Part shown: in pieces, positions 37,838 through 51,290 of the stretch
How positions within the stretch are numbered: position 1 is the stretch's first letter
Layout: each line of letters begins with the position of its first letter
Assembly (NCBI GenBank): GCA_051362555.1
Contig: CM120642.1
Location: 5,952,001 to 6,016,000 of the forward strand
Direction: 5' to 3'
DNA length: 64,000 nucleotides
Source: Lingula anatina
Taxonomy: Eukaryota > Animalia > Brachiopoda
Made by a program: the position numbers and the translations under genes
Notes under the pieces: model-generated
What the model saw: the letters and a program-made list of their open reading frames with translations, nothing else
What the model was told of the DNA's origin: nothing
Databases searched by the model: none

Positions 37838-39992
37838 TGAAGCTTGTATTGATATTCTTACTGCAGAGACCTGCTGATAGTGATTGTATGATTTGGTGTA
37901 AATATTTACTGGCTGTTACCATTTTCAGCTATTTGCAGGAATTTTAAAAGCAAATATTGATATTTAGAAAATGTTATCCAAGAAATTTATTTAAATGTGT
38001 ATGTAATATTCAATGTCATGTGTCAAGTTTTAGACATGCTTATGTATTACTAATCATGAATATGAGAAGATGTATGTATTTTTCCCAATCATATAAGTAA
38101 TTACTTTGTGATCCTTCAGTGCAAGTTCTTAAAATAAAGTAACTTCTTTTTCTATATAAAAAAAATTATTTAATATGATGTTTTTGTTGAATTTTGTAAG
38201 CTGTTTGTTTACTTCAATTTCAAGTCGATTTGGAAAAAAAAATTTGTGTGTATATGTACTTTGACCACAAAGATATGTCAAAATATACTGAACTGAGAGA
38301 TATTTATACAGTAATGTAAGGTTAAGACTTGGGTTGAATATTGTTGATAGCTATATGTTTATGAATATAATGATATGAATGTTGGTTTTATATGTATACG
38401 TATAAATATATGCAATTAAGTGTATATTTTCACAGAGCTCTCTTCCTTCATTGAAGCTACCATGTTACTTGGAGATTTTTAATACAGTTATATGTTTTGT
38501 ATTATTGACTCAAAGTCTATAGTTAAATAATATCAAAATATATCTTTTTTTTTATTATAAATAATATAATTCTCAAACATTCCAGACTCCTGCATTTGTG
38601 TCCCACTGTGTTGGAAGTGAGGGAATCCCATGACAACTTGATGAATACTTTTTAAAATGTGCCATATATTATATTTAGTGAAACCTGTGAGTAGGAAATG
38701 AAGAATGCTTTGTTTTGACTGTGTGAACTACTAGACTCTGACAGGTAATCAGTAGTTTTATTAAACAAACAAACATACATGTATTATGTAAAGAGTAGTT
38801 ACAGTTACTTATATGAATAACCAAAGCACCTTATATAGGTTTTATTTTGGCTGTGAGATAAGTCCCATGCTTTAATTATTTTTAATTTGTTAATGAATAA
38901 ATACCACATAGTTCTGTAGATAGCATGAAGCTGATTTTACTTAAGGCTTTGATATGAATTGATTTTATGAAATTTCTATCTGTAAAGTTAATCAGCCTAT
39001 AAAAATTGCTAACAATTGAAAAATGAGGTGAAAGTATGTCTGCAAATTGTTATTGTGGTGCTCTAAGGACAATTTGGAATAAATTGGTTCATCTCAGTTG
39101 CCTTTTTATTTCTTATTCTTAATTTCGTTACGATGTAAGTATTCGGTAACTTTTTTCCAATTTGCATTTTCAGTTGTTTACAATCATGTTTTTGGGGCTG
39201 ATTTTAAAAAATCTGATTTGACTAAAAATTAATTTTTTTGGATTAAAAACGTCTGTTGACATGGTTCTTTGTACGACTTGTATGATAATTATTTGTAATT
39301 TTAACAAACAGCACTGTTCATTAACAAACTGTTTCCTGGCTCTGGATCCAGCAACACTTGCTTTCTGCAGGAATTTCCGCACAGCCTTGATTTTTATTAA
39401 TAAGAGATCAATTAAATAAGCAGGCATTTATGATAATGTAGAGCTGGTAGGGATCTGAATCAGATCTCTCTCTATTTATCACAATTTGTTTGTTAAACAA
39501 GAAATATTTTATATGATTCCATTACCAAATGTTACTCCAATGCATGACCAATACACAAAAAGCAATGCCCAATGACACTAATGCATCCTAAGCTGTTTAT
39601 TGCAAATGTATACAAGGCAATCTCTTGACTAGCAGAAAATCAAAATTTTTAATGTTAAAAAAATAGCACCAAAGACATAATTTTGACTACAAGATTTTCT
39701 TGCACTCTATACAAAGTAAATAATAATAGGCAATTCTGAACAGGGCTCCATAACTCAAATGCATCACTAATTGCGATAGCCATATCACCTTTCATTTCGA
39801 GGCTATTATATGGGGCTAGTTAATCCCGAGTCATGGAGTAGAGGCGAATCTCCATGCTTGCGCTTTGTTGCTTTCGAGTTACTGAGCCCAGATCTTTTAA
39901 TGAAAAGTAAAAAATAAAATTTAATTATTACTTGTCTGCATCCTTCGTTTATCTATACATTATTTAGTTTTAAAAAATGACTAAAACATCCA

Positions 39993-42900
39993 CTATCCAC
40001 TGCTCACTTCTACTGGTTTTAGAGAATTTGCTTCAAGGCTACATAATTTTTTTTTCTCGTGGCGATCACGCTTTACTTCATTTTGAAACTTCCTGTCACA
40101 GAACCTACAACACGGCAACTGGTTCCCATGATTCATGTCAGCTCGAACTTTGCAGTTTTTCTCATGATGTTCCCTGGTGTGTTTTCGTAAAAATCCCTTC
40201 CCACAATGCATACAGTGCTCTGGTTTGACACCTAAATGGGACTTCTCATGCAACCTGGCATAATATTTATCATAAAATCCCTTCCCACAGCCTTTACACA
40301 ATATCTTGGTTTTTTTCTGGTCATGATGAACTTTTATGTGATGATACAGAGCATTTCTTGTTACAAAAGCCTCACTGCATTTGCTGCAATTGTATGCTTT
40401 TTCACCAGTGTGCCTTCTCTCGTGTTCGATTAGGGGATCCCTGAAATTATAAGATATAGGCCGACTTAAAGATTAAATTGCTTTTTACCCTAAAATTGCT
40501 AAAGGCAAGTATTTTTAAGGGTCAATATCTTTGTTGTTAGACAACCGGTTCAAAATTTCAAATCTGATAATAAATACAATTAACATTATGACAATTACTA
40601 GCTTCCATCATCATTAAGCTTCTCGTTATTATTAATGATAACTTCTGAAAGAGAAATAGGGTTAAAAATTCAATAAATCCTCAAAATATAATACTTAAAT
40701 TTTGTTATCATTATTAGGATAAGATATTAAGAAAGCACCCTCAGGTAACTTTCCTGGTATATCAAATTACTAAACAAAGTATAATGCTTCAGAAATTGTA
40801 ACAGTACAATTTTTTTCTGTACACCGGTAATTCTTTGCCTAAAGCAATTTTATTTAATCAGTTTGAGGCAAAAAATTAACAGACTTTTTAACTTTTTTAC
40901 TTAACATTTAACATTATTAAATTCTTCCATATCTTGCCATTTTGTTTTCTCCATACGCACATGAAAGCACTTTCACATCTTTTATAATTATTGTACTGCT
41001 GCAATATTTACAAGATTATTTAAATAAAGTTGTTCAAATTTTTTTTTACCTGCGTCCATATGCCTTATCACAGTACTGGCACCTAAAAGGCTTGTCTTCT
41101 ATTGGGATATGGGTGGTCTCATGTCTCAACACATCCTGCATGGCACGGAAACCCTTCCCACATATTCTACAGCAGTACTTTTCCATGTCTATTTCTGAAA
41201 CAAAAAGATGAAGATAGAACTAATCGGGTGCGATAACCTATTATTTAAGAAAAAAGGGTTGTGTGTAAAAAGGCAAGCAGATGAATTGTTGGATGATTGG
41301 GTTTTTCATGATTTTTTGAACCAATGAAATTATTTAACCACATAAGATTGAATGTTTTTAAATAAAGAATACAACCAACTGCATTTAACAGTTTAACCCT
41401 AAAATCTTGATTAACAGTTCTTCAACCTATTGAGTGAAAATAATAACTGAAAGAAAAAAATAATCAAAGTTTCAAAGAGTTTAACTGATAAATAATTTGG
41501 AGTCAATATATAAAACCAAACAAGATCAATCAAAAAATTGAAAAACAAGAAAAAAAGACACTTTTCAATAAAACAAAGTTTTTGTGTGTGTTTACATATC
41601 TCTGGTGTAAATGTGTGCTTTGCATGTGTTAACAAGTGCGTGCATGAGTGCGCATGTAAATACGTGTGTGCCCATAAGTGCATGTGTGACGTCAACCTAG
41701 AAAGCCATCTCACTTTTGTGTGCTTTCTCATGCCACAGCACACTTCTCAAGCATGCAAATGTCTTCCCACAGAACTGGCAGAGATAGAAGAGCCTCCCTG
41801 TTGGAAGTCCGTCCAGTGGCTTCATCTCCTTGTGTGTGTTCTCATGGCTGACACACTGCCCTTTCTGCACAAAACGCTTCCCACAAAACTGACAAGCAAA
41901 ATTCTTTGTTCCCAAGTGATGATTAACATGCAGCTGTAAGTGACTTTTCAGCCGAAACCCTCGACCACATATCTGGCACTGGAACGGCTTCTCTCCTGTG
42001 TGAATGCGTTCGTGCCTCTGAAGATCAGCCTTTCTGAGGAAGGGTCTTTTACAGTATGAACACTGGAATGGACGTTCATCTAAGTGAATCTTTTTATGAC
42101 GCGAAAGTGCCCCTTTGCTTTGGAACTGTTTGCCACACTCACATACATGATCAACTTGTGCTTTTTTTCTAGTACTTTTGAATCCAGGTTTCACTACCGC
42201 TCCCATATTTTCCTTTCCATTTTCAACTGCACTTGATGCTATTTCTTCCCTATTTGACGGATCTGTTTTATTTGTTTTTGAAGTGCATTTTGTCCTTTTT
42301 CTTTTCATAGTTTGTTTACTAGTAATTGTTTTTTGTTTACTTTTGGTTGGTTTTGTTGTTTTCTGTTTTGCCACATCACTGGAAGCAGTTTTTGTTCTTT
42401 TTGTTTTGGCAGCCTGTCTCACTGTTCTCCTTTCATTGTTCACAGCACTGGTGTCCCTTTTCTGTGATTTGGGTTTCCTACCTAAAATTGTTTTAAATTT
42501 AAAAAAAAAATCAAAACAAATGAATTAAATAATTTTATTCCGTAAGTCATTAATTCAATGTACCTTAATGAATTAAATGTAAATTCTCATACCACAACAA
42601 AACTAAATTTAATTTTTTCAATGCCATTCAAAATACGCTTATGTTCAGTTCTGAACTCACCTCTCTTCTGCGTAACTTTCTGACAAGTTGTTTTGGGTAT
42701 TTTTTGTTTTCTCTTCTTTGCATCAGAATGCTTTTTCAACAAAGCTTCTCCATCTCCATCTCCAATATTGTCAGCTGTCGGCATTCCTAGTATTCCCTTA
42801 GCATCAAAACCTTGAATATAAAATCCTGTAAAATCTAACATAGTGTCCTGGCTAGAACCCACATCTTGTTCCTTCTTCATAGACACACAGCTGTAGATTT

Positions 42901-43087
42901 GGGGTTCTGTTTTGATAAGGAGCTCTTGATTTTGTGCCATTCTTGCCAAGTCGTCCTCACAGAGGACTGTTTGCATGCCCTCCACTTTTTCAAAGTGTTG
43001 TTCCATATCACAATCAAGATCAGTATCAGGGATTTCTTCTTTGATTGTTGGCACACACATATCTGATTCATGATTATCAGCTTCCAT
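39993..43087 (-). CDS. C2H2 zinc-finger protein (about 11 fingers, the last two C2HC) with an acidic N-terminus
   Basis: Exons 43087-42661, 42481-41714, 41194-41050 and 40440-39993 splice in frame. Repeated C-x1/2-C-x12-H-x3-H units with HTGEKPF-type linkers. Confidence 0.88.
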
Positions 43088-44169
43088 GGTACAGAAATTC
43101 TGTGCATCAATATTATTACAATATTAATTTCACATCTGCTCCATCCTCTTTTCTTTCCTTCTCCTTTTTTTATAACTGAAATAAAATCAATTATGTGAAA
43201 ATACTGTTTGCATTCCATGTCTTAAGATTCAGTATTACTATTACTGAAAAGAATCCCATTTTAAGACATCACTGCAATAAACTGAAGTGAAAATGATAAG
43301 AAGAAGAAGAAGAGAGAGAGAGAGAGAGAGAACAAAGAAGACAGCAAGATGTACTAAGCAGGCATTTAACATTTACACTTTTACGGATGCGGGGAACCAA
43401 TGCAATGATAAACATGAACGAAGAAATTAAGTTGAATATTTATCTCATATATAAGAATTTAGGTCGTGTTATTTTGTTTATATGGAACAAAGATGTTGAA
43501 ATAAAACCAATTCTTTTTATTTCTGACATTAACACCGTGGCAAATTCCAGTAAACAATGACATCATGATCTTACGTTATAGTTGAAGTTACATGTATTTT
43601 GTTTCAATGAATTAAATCAATGGCTAAATATGTTTCGTCGCACATTCTTGATCAAGATCCAGATTTTACCCACGCCTTCCCGACGAAAAACGGGCTTTAG
43701 AACGATTTCATCTGCATTCTGAGTCAAGACACCAATATGCAGACAAATCTAGTTTTTTTTTTAAACGCATCAAAATATAAAGCATTTTCACCTACTTTCA
43801 GCAGTCTTTTAACACAGCAAGTGTTACCAAAACTGTTTATCGATGTAACAAGATTTAATTTGTGCCAAGATAGTCCCAAAAATTGGAAACTTAATTGAGT
43901 TTCATTGATAGTTTATACTTGAAATTGAGACTTATGAGCAATCTTATTATAAAAAAAATACCCTCAAACATCTGCTTAAACTTAAATGATTTTGAAAAAT
44001 AATCTTTCGTCTGTGTAGAAAACCAATTCAGTCGACATATCGGTGTATAGTTTTGATTCCCTTGTTGAAAACAGAAGGCAAGAAGAAGATTGTTGTTGGC
44101 TTATTCTCCTTTATTCTCTCCTTAAATTGTGGCTAGTCTTGTGAACTTTGAAACATGTTCCTTTTATAA

Positions 44170-45816
44170 ATGTCAAAACTGAACCAGGGTAAACCTGTCA
44201 GAATGGAGTCTAATGACTTCAGCAACTTGGGCATTAAGACCGAACCGGATGATATTGAGGGCTTTGCTGAAAGAACGGAGCTCTCTTTAGGACCAGGCCA
44301 TTTACAAGTGGAATCCCGTTTCGATTTGTTAATGAAAAAGGAGGGCCATGGTACAGATGTCAGCGAAATGTGTAAGTAAACAGTAAACATGCAATGGTAC
44401 AATTTCAGTATTTCAGTAAAAAGTTATACAGTCACCTATCTCGCAACCTCATCTACTTTTGTATTATTTTATTTATTATTTTGTTCTTATTAATGAGTGC
44501 ATGCTGCTTTACTTTCTATTTCTTTCTTGTCACTGCTAATTTACTCCAGAAAAATGTGATCGGATATACTTACCCATAACATGCATGTACGGCCTTTATT
44601 CTTTTATTATTATTATCATTTTTTCATTTGACAAGCTTATTAGTTTGGTATTTTAACTCTCAACAATAAGATTTTGAATTTACATGTAGGAAATAATTAT
44701 TTAATCTGTTATATTATTTCAATTATCAATTATTTGTTTGTCTGTTTATTTTATTATCATTGTTATAATTATGATAAATTATTATTATTGTTATTTTATT
44801 ATGATTTTTTTAAAGCTGAAGTCAACAGTACACCAGAAAACAGATACAGAGATGGGAACAGACCTGGAATATCCAGTGAGCCAGATGTACCAGGTGAAGG
44901 TGGTGTGGGAGACCAAGATGCCATAAGTGAAAAGAAATCAAATCTGAGTAAAATTTCCTCTAGATCCACACCACAAAAAAGCAGTCGTAAAAAAACTTCC
45001 ACCAGAAAAGACTTGAAGATTATTGTTAAGAGACTGAATATTGGGATTTCATCAAAATCAAGTAGTGTTAGAGTAGATGGAATAGAGGACAATTCTGTTT
45101 TTCAAACAAACCAACTGGATGCACCTGGTTGTGACACGACTTTGAAATCAAATGATGCCACATGTGTAGAGCAAAAGACAAACCCTCCTGCTTCTGAGCA
45201 GGGCATGTTCAAGACTGATAAGGAGCAACGTCAATCTCTTCTTTCACAAGATTCTGTTGGGCCTTTAAAATGCCAATTTTGTGATGAGATCTTCCAGAAA
45301 ATTAGAGAATTAAGAAGGCACGAGAAAGCACATGGAGGTTCAAAGTCAAAATCAAGTAGTGGAAGACGTAAAGCAAGTACAGATAATATCTGTGATGCTT
45401 GTGGGCGGGAGTTCAAAACAAAGCAATCACTCATAAAGCATAAGAAAATACATTCATTTGAGCGGCCTTTCAAGTGTTCATTTTGTGAAAGGCCTTTTTT
45501 GCGGAAGGCAGATCTCCAAAGGCATGAGTTAATCCACACTGGGGAAAGAAAATTCATTTGTCAGTATTGCTTGAAGGGTTTTCGACTCAAGGGCCATCTC
45601 CAGTTTCATTTACCTATTCACACCGGGGAGAAGCCCTTTGCCTGTCAGTACTGTGGCCAGCGGTTTATTCAGAAGGGCCACTGTGAGTACCATGAACGCA
45701 AACATGCCCAGCAAGGACCTGTCACCCCCCAGGGCCTGTGCCAGTATTGTGGCCGGCTGTTCACTAGTGTGAGGTACTGTGTTTTGACACATGAGAAGGA
45801 ACACCTGAAAAAGTAG
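44170..45816 (+). CDS. C2H2 zinc-finger protein (about 6 fingers), paralog of the divergent neighbour
   Basis: Exons 44170-44371 and 44816-45816 (phase 1). Finger array includes RPFLRKADLQRHELIHTGERKF and HTGEKPF. Confidence 0.9.
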
Positions 45817-46866
45817 GCTAAAAGGGGCAATGTCAGAAGAGGCTAGAGTTGATAAGGCAGTGGCAGTTTTTTTATGGGAAATAGAAAGGTTGACCATGTT
45901 CATTTTGTATTCGCAGATATTTCTCTGGCTTATTTTGTACACAATTCTGTACAGCAGTGAGAATTTTTGTTCAGAGACCATGGTATTACCCATAGAGAGT
46001 GCTATAGAGAACAACATAAATACTATGCAGCACAGCGATTTTTTTTTTTTTTTTTTCAGAAGAGAACTCCCTGCGTCCATTGGTAAAAGCCAATAGGTGA
46101 TAATTTTGTATCACATGCTGCCATATTATATTCATTATAGATATGTATAATTAACAGTGAGTGTGTGTGTGTGTGCTTGCATGCATGCGTGTGTTATCCT
46201 AGTACTTGTATCCTTGGAATTCATAACTTGAAGCAAGCGTATTTTGTAATTCCATTGATAAAAATTGTAATGTATGCAAAACAACCTCTGAATTTTTGTT
46301 CGTGGCAACCTTTTGGTCTCAGCTTGGCTCAAATAAATGTATTTGATATTTTGTTAATGTTCCAAAACATCTGTCATTCGGAAACTGTGCCCTTTTTATG
46401 CTTTACAGTTAATATATTATTTAGTCATGTTTGCGGTGACATGCAGGTTAAACTTATAGTGGTTTCACCAAGCAGAAATAATCAAATTATGGATACAAAC
46501 TATCCTCTGCTATTATCATAAATTGTACCCTTAATTATCTCCATTATCGTATTCACACCAATATTGCTAATTGGAAATGTCTGGTGCCTAGTTTGCAACT
46601 CGCAAGTGCAATTTAACCTAGAGTAATGGAAAATACATATATAATGCAATCAAGATCTATTTGGAGATATTATTGAATAAATACTCAATTTTAAAATTAG
46701 TTTTCAGTCTTTGATGTCTCCCTGATGTATGAGTGGAAAACCTACGGATATAGGCTTTTTAAAACCGTAAAATTAGCAATAAAAATTATATATATTATTA
46801 TATATATATATATGCGTGAGACCCGGTCACAAACCAGACTTTCGTCGTCAAATGCGGAAAGTGCCG

Positions 46867-47480
46867 ATGACAATGAAGCTTGTCTTCCTAGGTGCCCTAC
46901 TGTTTTTCTACACGTCTCCTGCATGGGGATCAGACGTGAGATGCAGGCCGAGCCGGCCCGATTCTTCGCCGTGCAGCCCCGAGGCCCCGTGCCGTTGTCG
47001 TATCTGGTATGAACCCCAGCCTCCGCCGCCCACAGGCAGTAAAGTGCCGGTGATGCCGCAGATCTCGTACACTACTTGTGCCTGCGACGCGGGTGGCGTC
47101 GGGAAACCAGTCTGGACGAGCTTTAATAAGGCCGGTTCTGTGGTAATTGTCGCATGTTTTTTCTTTATATGCCGTTCCTTGCTCCTTCAGCTTTTATATT
47201 TTAAAATAGTTTTTTTTTATGATGAAAAGACGCTAAATTGCACTTTATTTATCTCTCGTGATTCACAAGCCTGAGAATTATATTATTTCATGGCACACTG
47301 AATTATCGAAAATTTGATTTTTTTTTTTTTTTTTTTTTTGTAATATCAAGTTTAAAAAGTATATTTTTATATGATAATTATTATAGTTTTATAATCGTTA
47401 TCATTAGAAGTAAAGTCTCATTCCTTTACTATTTCAAGGGCCCCGGACCGGGACCGGTTGGACCGCCTGGGACCAGATAA
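46867..47480 (+). CDS. Small secreted Cys/Pro-rich peptide precursor (about 105 aa), family unknown
   Basis: GC-rich exon 46867-47142 with a signal peptide (MKLVFLGALLFFYTSPAWG), six Cys and donor gtaatt. Exon 2, 47439-47480, gives GPGPGPVGPPGTR* in phase 0. TA-rich box upstream at about 46790-46812. Confidence 0.72.
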
Positions 47481-49087
47481 TTCATTCAAAACTGCTATGA
47501 AGAAGACGGTGTTTTCGTTCTCGAAATTTTTATCGTCTATCAATACAGTAGTAAATCATAAGAAAATTTCTTGAACTTTTTTATTTAGTACAATTTTTCG
47601 TTTTCGGTTTGAGCTCGAGTGTAAACGATGGTGATAATTAAAACAAAAATGTTGTAGTTTAGGGAATGATAATTGTAGCCTTTTGCCTCATGCCGAGCCA
47701 GAACACACTCCGATATGAAGCGCACGTGAGCGCTCGCACACGTCATTGACACGTACCATACACAGGCAAGCACATTTAACAGTTTTTTCCGTAAAAGGTA
47801 GACATTTTACTGTATTCTGGGCTTAACCCTAGCCCCTGTCATTTCTATCTGGTTACAGCATGGATATTTAGTGCGAGGCACAGTGCATTAATTTTTAGAC
47901 CAGCAAGTAGGCCAACTTCAAAGTTGGTGATCAGTTATGAGCAGTATCACAGGATGTGTACTTCGGTCATCGTTCAAAAATATCGATGCTGATTTCGGTA
48001 GAAATGATGTAAATGGTACAAATAAGACCTATTATAGTAATGAAATAGACACAATGCGCATAAAATCGTTCATTTTTACATGTATCAGTATAGAAGTACC
48101 TTAATAGTACACATATCACCAGACGGATGCTATCAAAATGAAAGGAAACAGCTGTTAACCGCATAAGCTTACATATCATACAGGTATAGACGGGGATCGA
48201 GGGAAAAAATCTCGTTTGTCCCTGAATGACAAACTATTTCACGAGCCCGTATTGCTGGAAACTCCCAACTCTGAACCAGAAACGTGCTGATAGTAGAGAT
48301 GAATATTCAATGTCCTGTGAAACTTGAGCTGCTGCGGCTCGCCTATAGTTATGCATTAAGTGTTATAAATTTAATTCAAAGGACATTATCGTGTTCTTGT
48401 TTTACTTTATTATGTTATAAATGAAATATTTTTAACCGATGGACAGTTTTTCTTTTCATTTCTTTTATGTTATCATATTTTTTCTTTACATTTTGTTTTC
48501 TCGCTCGCGATCAATGGTATGGCTATGAAATATCTAACTTGTGAACATAAGAGATAATGAAACCATTCTTCAATCTGCTGCACTGCAACATATCGGAAGG
48601 TCGTATTTCCGTGTGAATAAGTTATCGGCAGTTTTAGTCGGAGAGCCTGAAACTAAATAAATAACACCAGAAAAACGAATATGACAAACAATATTTCTAT
48701 ACATACAGTGTTTTATTTTCATTTGACGAATCAAACATATTAAATTCTATATTACTTTATCCGTCTTTTTTTTTCACGACCAGTTTGATCAGATGCATAT
48801 AATAATTCGATACAGATACATGCAGATTTAGAGATCACATTTTATTATTATTATTTCTTTTTACATTTTTAATTTTTACTTTTTTTTGCCCAGCCATACA
48901 CGCTTGAAAGCTGTGGCGTGCCTATTCTCATATATCCCGCCAGCTCACGCGTGCACGTGTGGGTAGGCACATTCGTAAGTTCGCTTTAAACGAACAAACA
49001 TACACATTGGTTGATAATACATTCAACCGACTGGCTGCCAAGTCACCCATTCTTAGATGTTATGTCATATTGTTCATTCCAATATGT

Positions 49088-51024
49088 CTATGAACTTGTG
49101 TCATCCCTTTTCTTTCTCCTGAAAGGGGTTTGTGGTCTGCGGCGTTTGGGTTTTGCAGGTTCTGCAGGCTTTTCACTGGGACTGTCTTGAAGTGGGGCTA
49201 CGCCTCTCTTCTTTTGCCAAGGAAATCGAAACTTAGGCCACTTGGGAGAGCTAGGACGGGTTGGCGTTTCAGCGCGGGGTGCCTCGGGTCTGGGAGCTTT
49301 CGGCAGATAAGGTGCCAGGCTGAGGTCTTGGTCGTACTGGGGACAGTTTGGCAAGGTCACATTAAAGTGACTTGCTTCTGACACTTTCGGAGTCGACCGA
49401 GATCTGGAAATTATAGAAAGCAGTTATACGTCGTCGATTATGTAATTATTATGTAATTTTTTGTGTGTGTGAAGATATTTTTTGTATAACGAATTACAAG
49501 TAATAATAATGAATGATGAGAAAATAGTCCATAATAGAACATCGCACATATTCTCATTCAGCAGAATTGTTATTTAATGGAAAAAGATTATTACAAAATA
49601 ATGAGGTTCACCTGAAACAGGAACTGCTCATCTCATCAGGTTCATCATTCATGCTAGCAGTAGGCGAGCGCTGGGGCTCGAGTGTCCCGAAAGTATTTGT
49701 TTCTGATCCACACCTAGACTCACTACTGAAAACAATGTCATAATTAGCTGTACATTCGTTCATATCCTTAAATGAAACAAATAATTTCACGTTTACTTGA
49801 AAAAGTAGTTTTTTAACTGATAGCACTGCAAACAAAACATATACATGTGTGTAACAGAAACGGAACAGATAATAAATTCATATGCAAACCAACAAAAGTA
49901 ACATATTTAACATAAGTAAAACACTCACTTGCATTAGGGTAAGTTGCATACCTTATGAATTGCCTGAGCTCTTGTTCCACAAGGGTACATTTCATAGTCT
50001 CGGGGACGGCACCGGGTAATGCTGGGCAGATTGCCTCGTACATCTGAGGCGTCAGTTTTGGCATTTGAATCAGAGGGTACTCTGTGAAGACCGGGCCGTC
50101 TTCTAAACGGTTTTTCTTTTTTCCGCTGGAAAGGGGGTTGAGCTGAAAGAGGTTCTTCTTGATATTTTTCAAATGCTGCTTCGCCGATTTCTTTGGCTTG
50201 ACCGGCCGCTCGAATTCATACGGACTTACGTGGACTTCATGAGAGTGTCCATCTGGTAAATGGTATACCTGTGTAGGAGCAGTTGCAATGTCGAAAACGG
50301 TCGACAGGTTCACTGGTTTCTTCGTTTTAGGTCGGGCGGGCTGGATAGGAACTGGTTCGAGTAATTTGCTTATGTCTGCTGTGAGCTCCTTTTGCAGGTT
50401 TGCCATTGACTTTTGGGATTGTGGGGCTCCCGGCAACTCCGGAAAGCTTGACGGCAGTGTGCTGGTCATGTTTGATGAATTTGACTGACCGCTCATCTGA
50501 TCCTTGTGTCCTTTGGCTTTAGGAGTCGCAAGTTTTGGATTCTTCGGTGTGGAAAATGCTGAGCAGTTGGCAGTAGGCATATCCATATTTTCTTTTACCC
50601 ATGCGTTTTTTCTACCTGGACGTCGTAATGCGGCTCTTTCGGGGGCAGTTGCTTGGGGCTCAAAGGTTGGAGAGGCAGGTAAAGTTATAGTAGACAGAAC
50701 ATTTTCTCCTGTCACCTTTTCCATGGGCCCCGTGCTGTCTGGCAAATTTTCCCTTCTTGAGGAAGCGGTCGAATAAAGTGTGACTTTGGGGTCTATCTGC
50801 TTCACTGGACGACCACGCCCAGCTTCGAACTCTCTCATTGGGCGCTTGAACTTGTGCAGTGTGACCTCACTTTCTCTTGGCACAGCGCGAAATATGTCTG
50901 AATTCAAGACAATTTCATCATCTTCTCTGCATCTTGTAGACTGTTTTTCATATATAGAATTGATCGTTCCATCATCTGCTCGCATCGACTTCAGACTTTT
51001 AAAACAAAAGCATAGACAACTCAT
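49088..51024 (-). CDS. Uncharacterised Pro/Lys/Ser-rich, probably disordered protein (about 500 aa, 3 exons)
   Basis: Exons 51024-49952, 49725-49612 and 49403-49088 join through phase-2 GT-AG introns. Long GC-richer ORF with no recognisable domain; N-terminus MSCLCFCFK. Confidence 0.78.
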
Positions 51025-51047
51025 CTTGCTGCTTTGCAATATCACTT

Positions 51048-51290
51048 AGATATAATATAGCAACTATAGTGACGTCCGTGACGTCACAGACGAGCTGCGT
51101 AGCCTCAAAGCGTCGCGAAGATAAACCATACAATGAATTAAAAGGAAATGAATTTATATCTCTCGCTAAGTTCCAACAAGCGTTTAAATAAAAAACGAAA
51201 ATAATTTTGTGGTATTAATTATGAAACCTACAAACTGATACGCAGATATATCTGATTCGAAATAAGATTATAGTTGTACATGACGTCATA
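51048..51290 (-). promoter_or_regulatory. Putative proximal promoter of the 49088-51024 gene with CRE sites
   Basis: TA-rich box at about 51050-51059, adjacent tgacgtcc/tgacgtca at 51070-51086, and a further perfect tgacgtca at 51281-51288. Confidence 0.45.

Noticed and set aside
39741-39890. Weak inverted termini cagggctccataactc / gagttactgagcccag
   Set aside because: Too degenerate and no TSD visible; cannot be supported as an element.
40305-40320. Suspected frameshift in the last ZF exon at a poly-T run
   Set aside because: A recount gives seven bases, which keeps the frame (DQKKTKILCKGC).
41538-42528. Plus-strand ORFs antisense to the zinc-finger exon (and similar shadows over the STAT tail and the 50-kb gene)
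   Set aside because: Shadow ORFs of real coding exons with no independent evidence.
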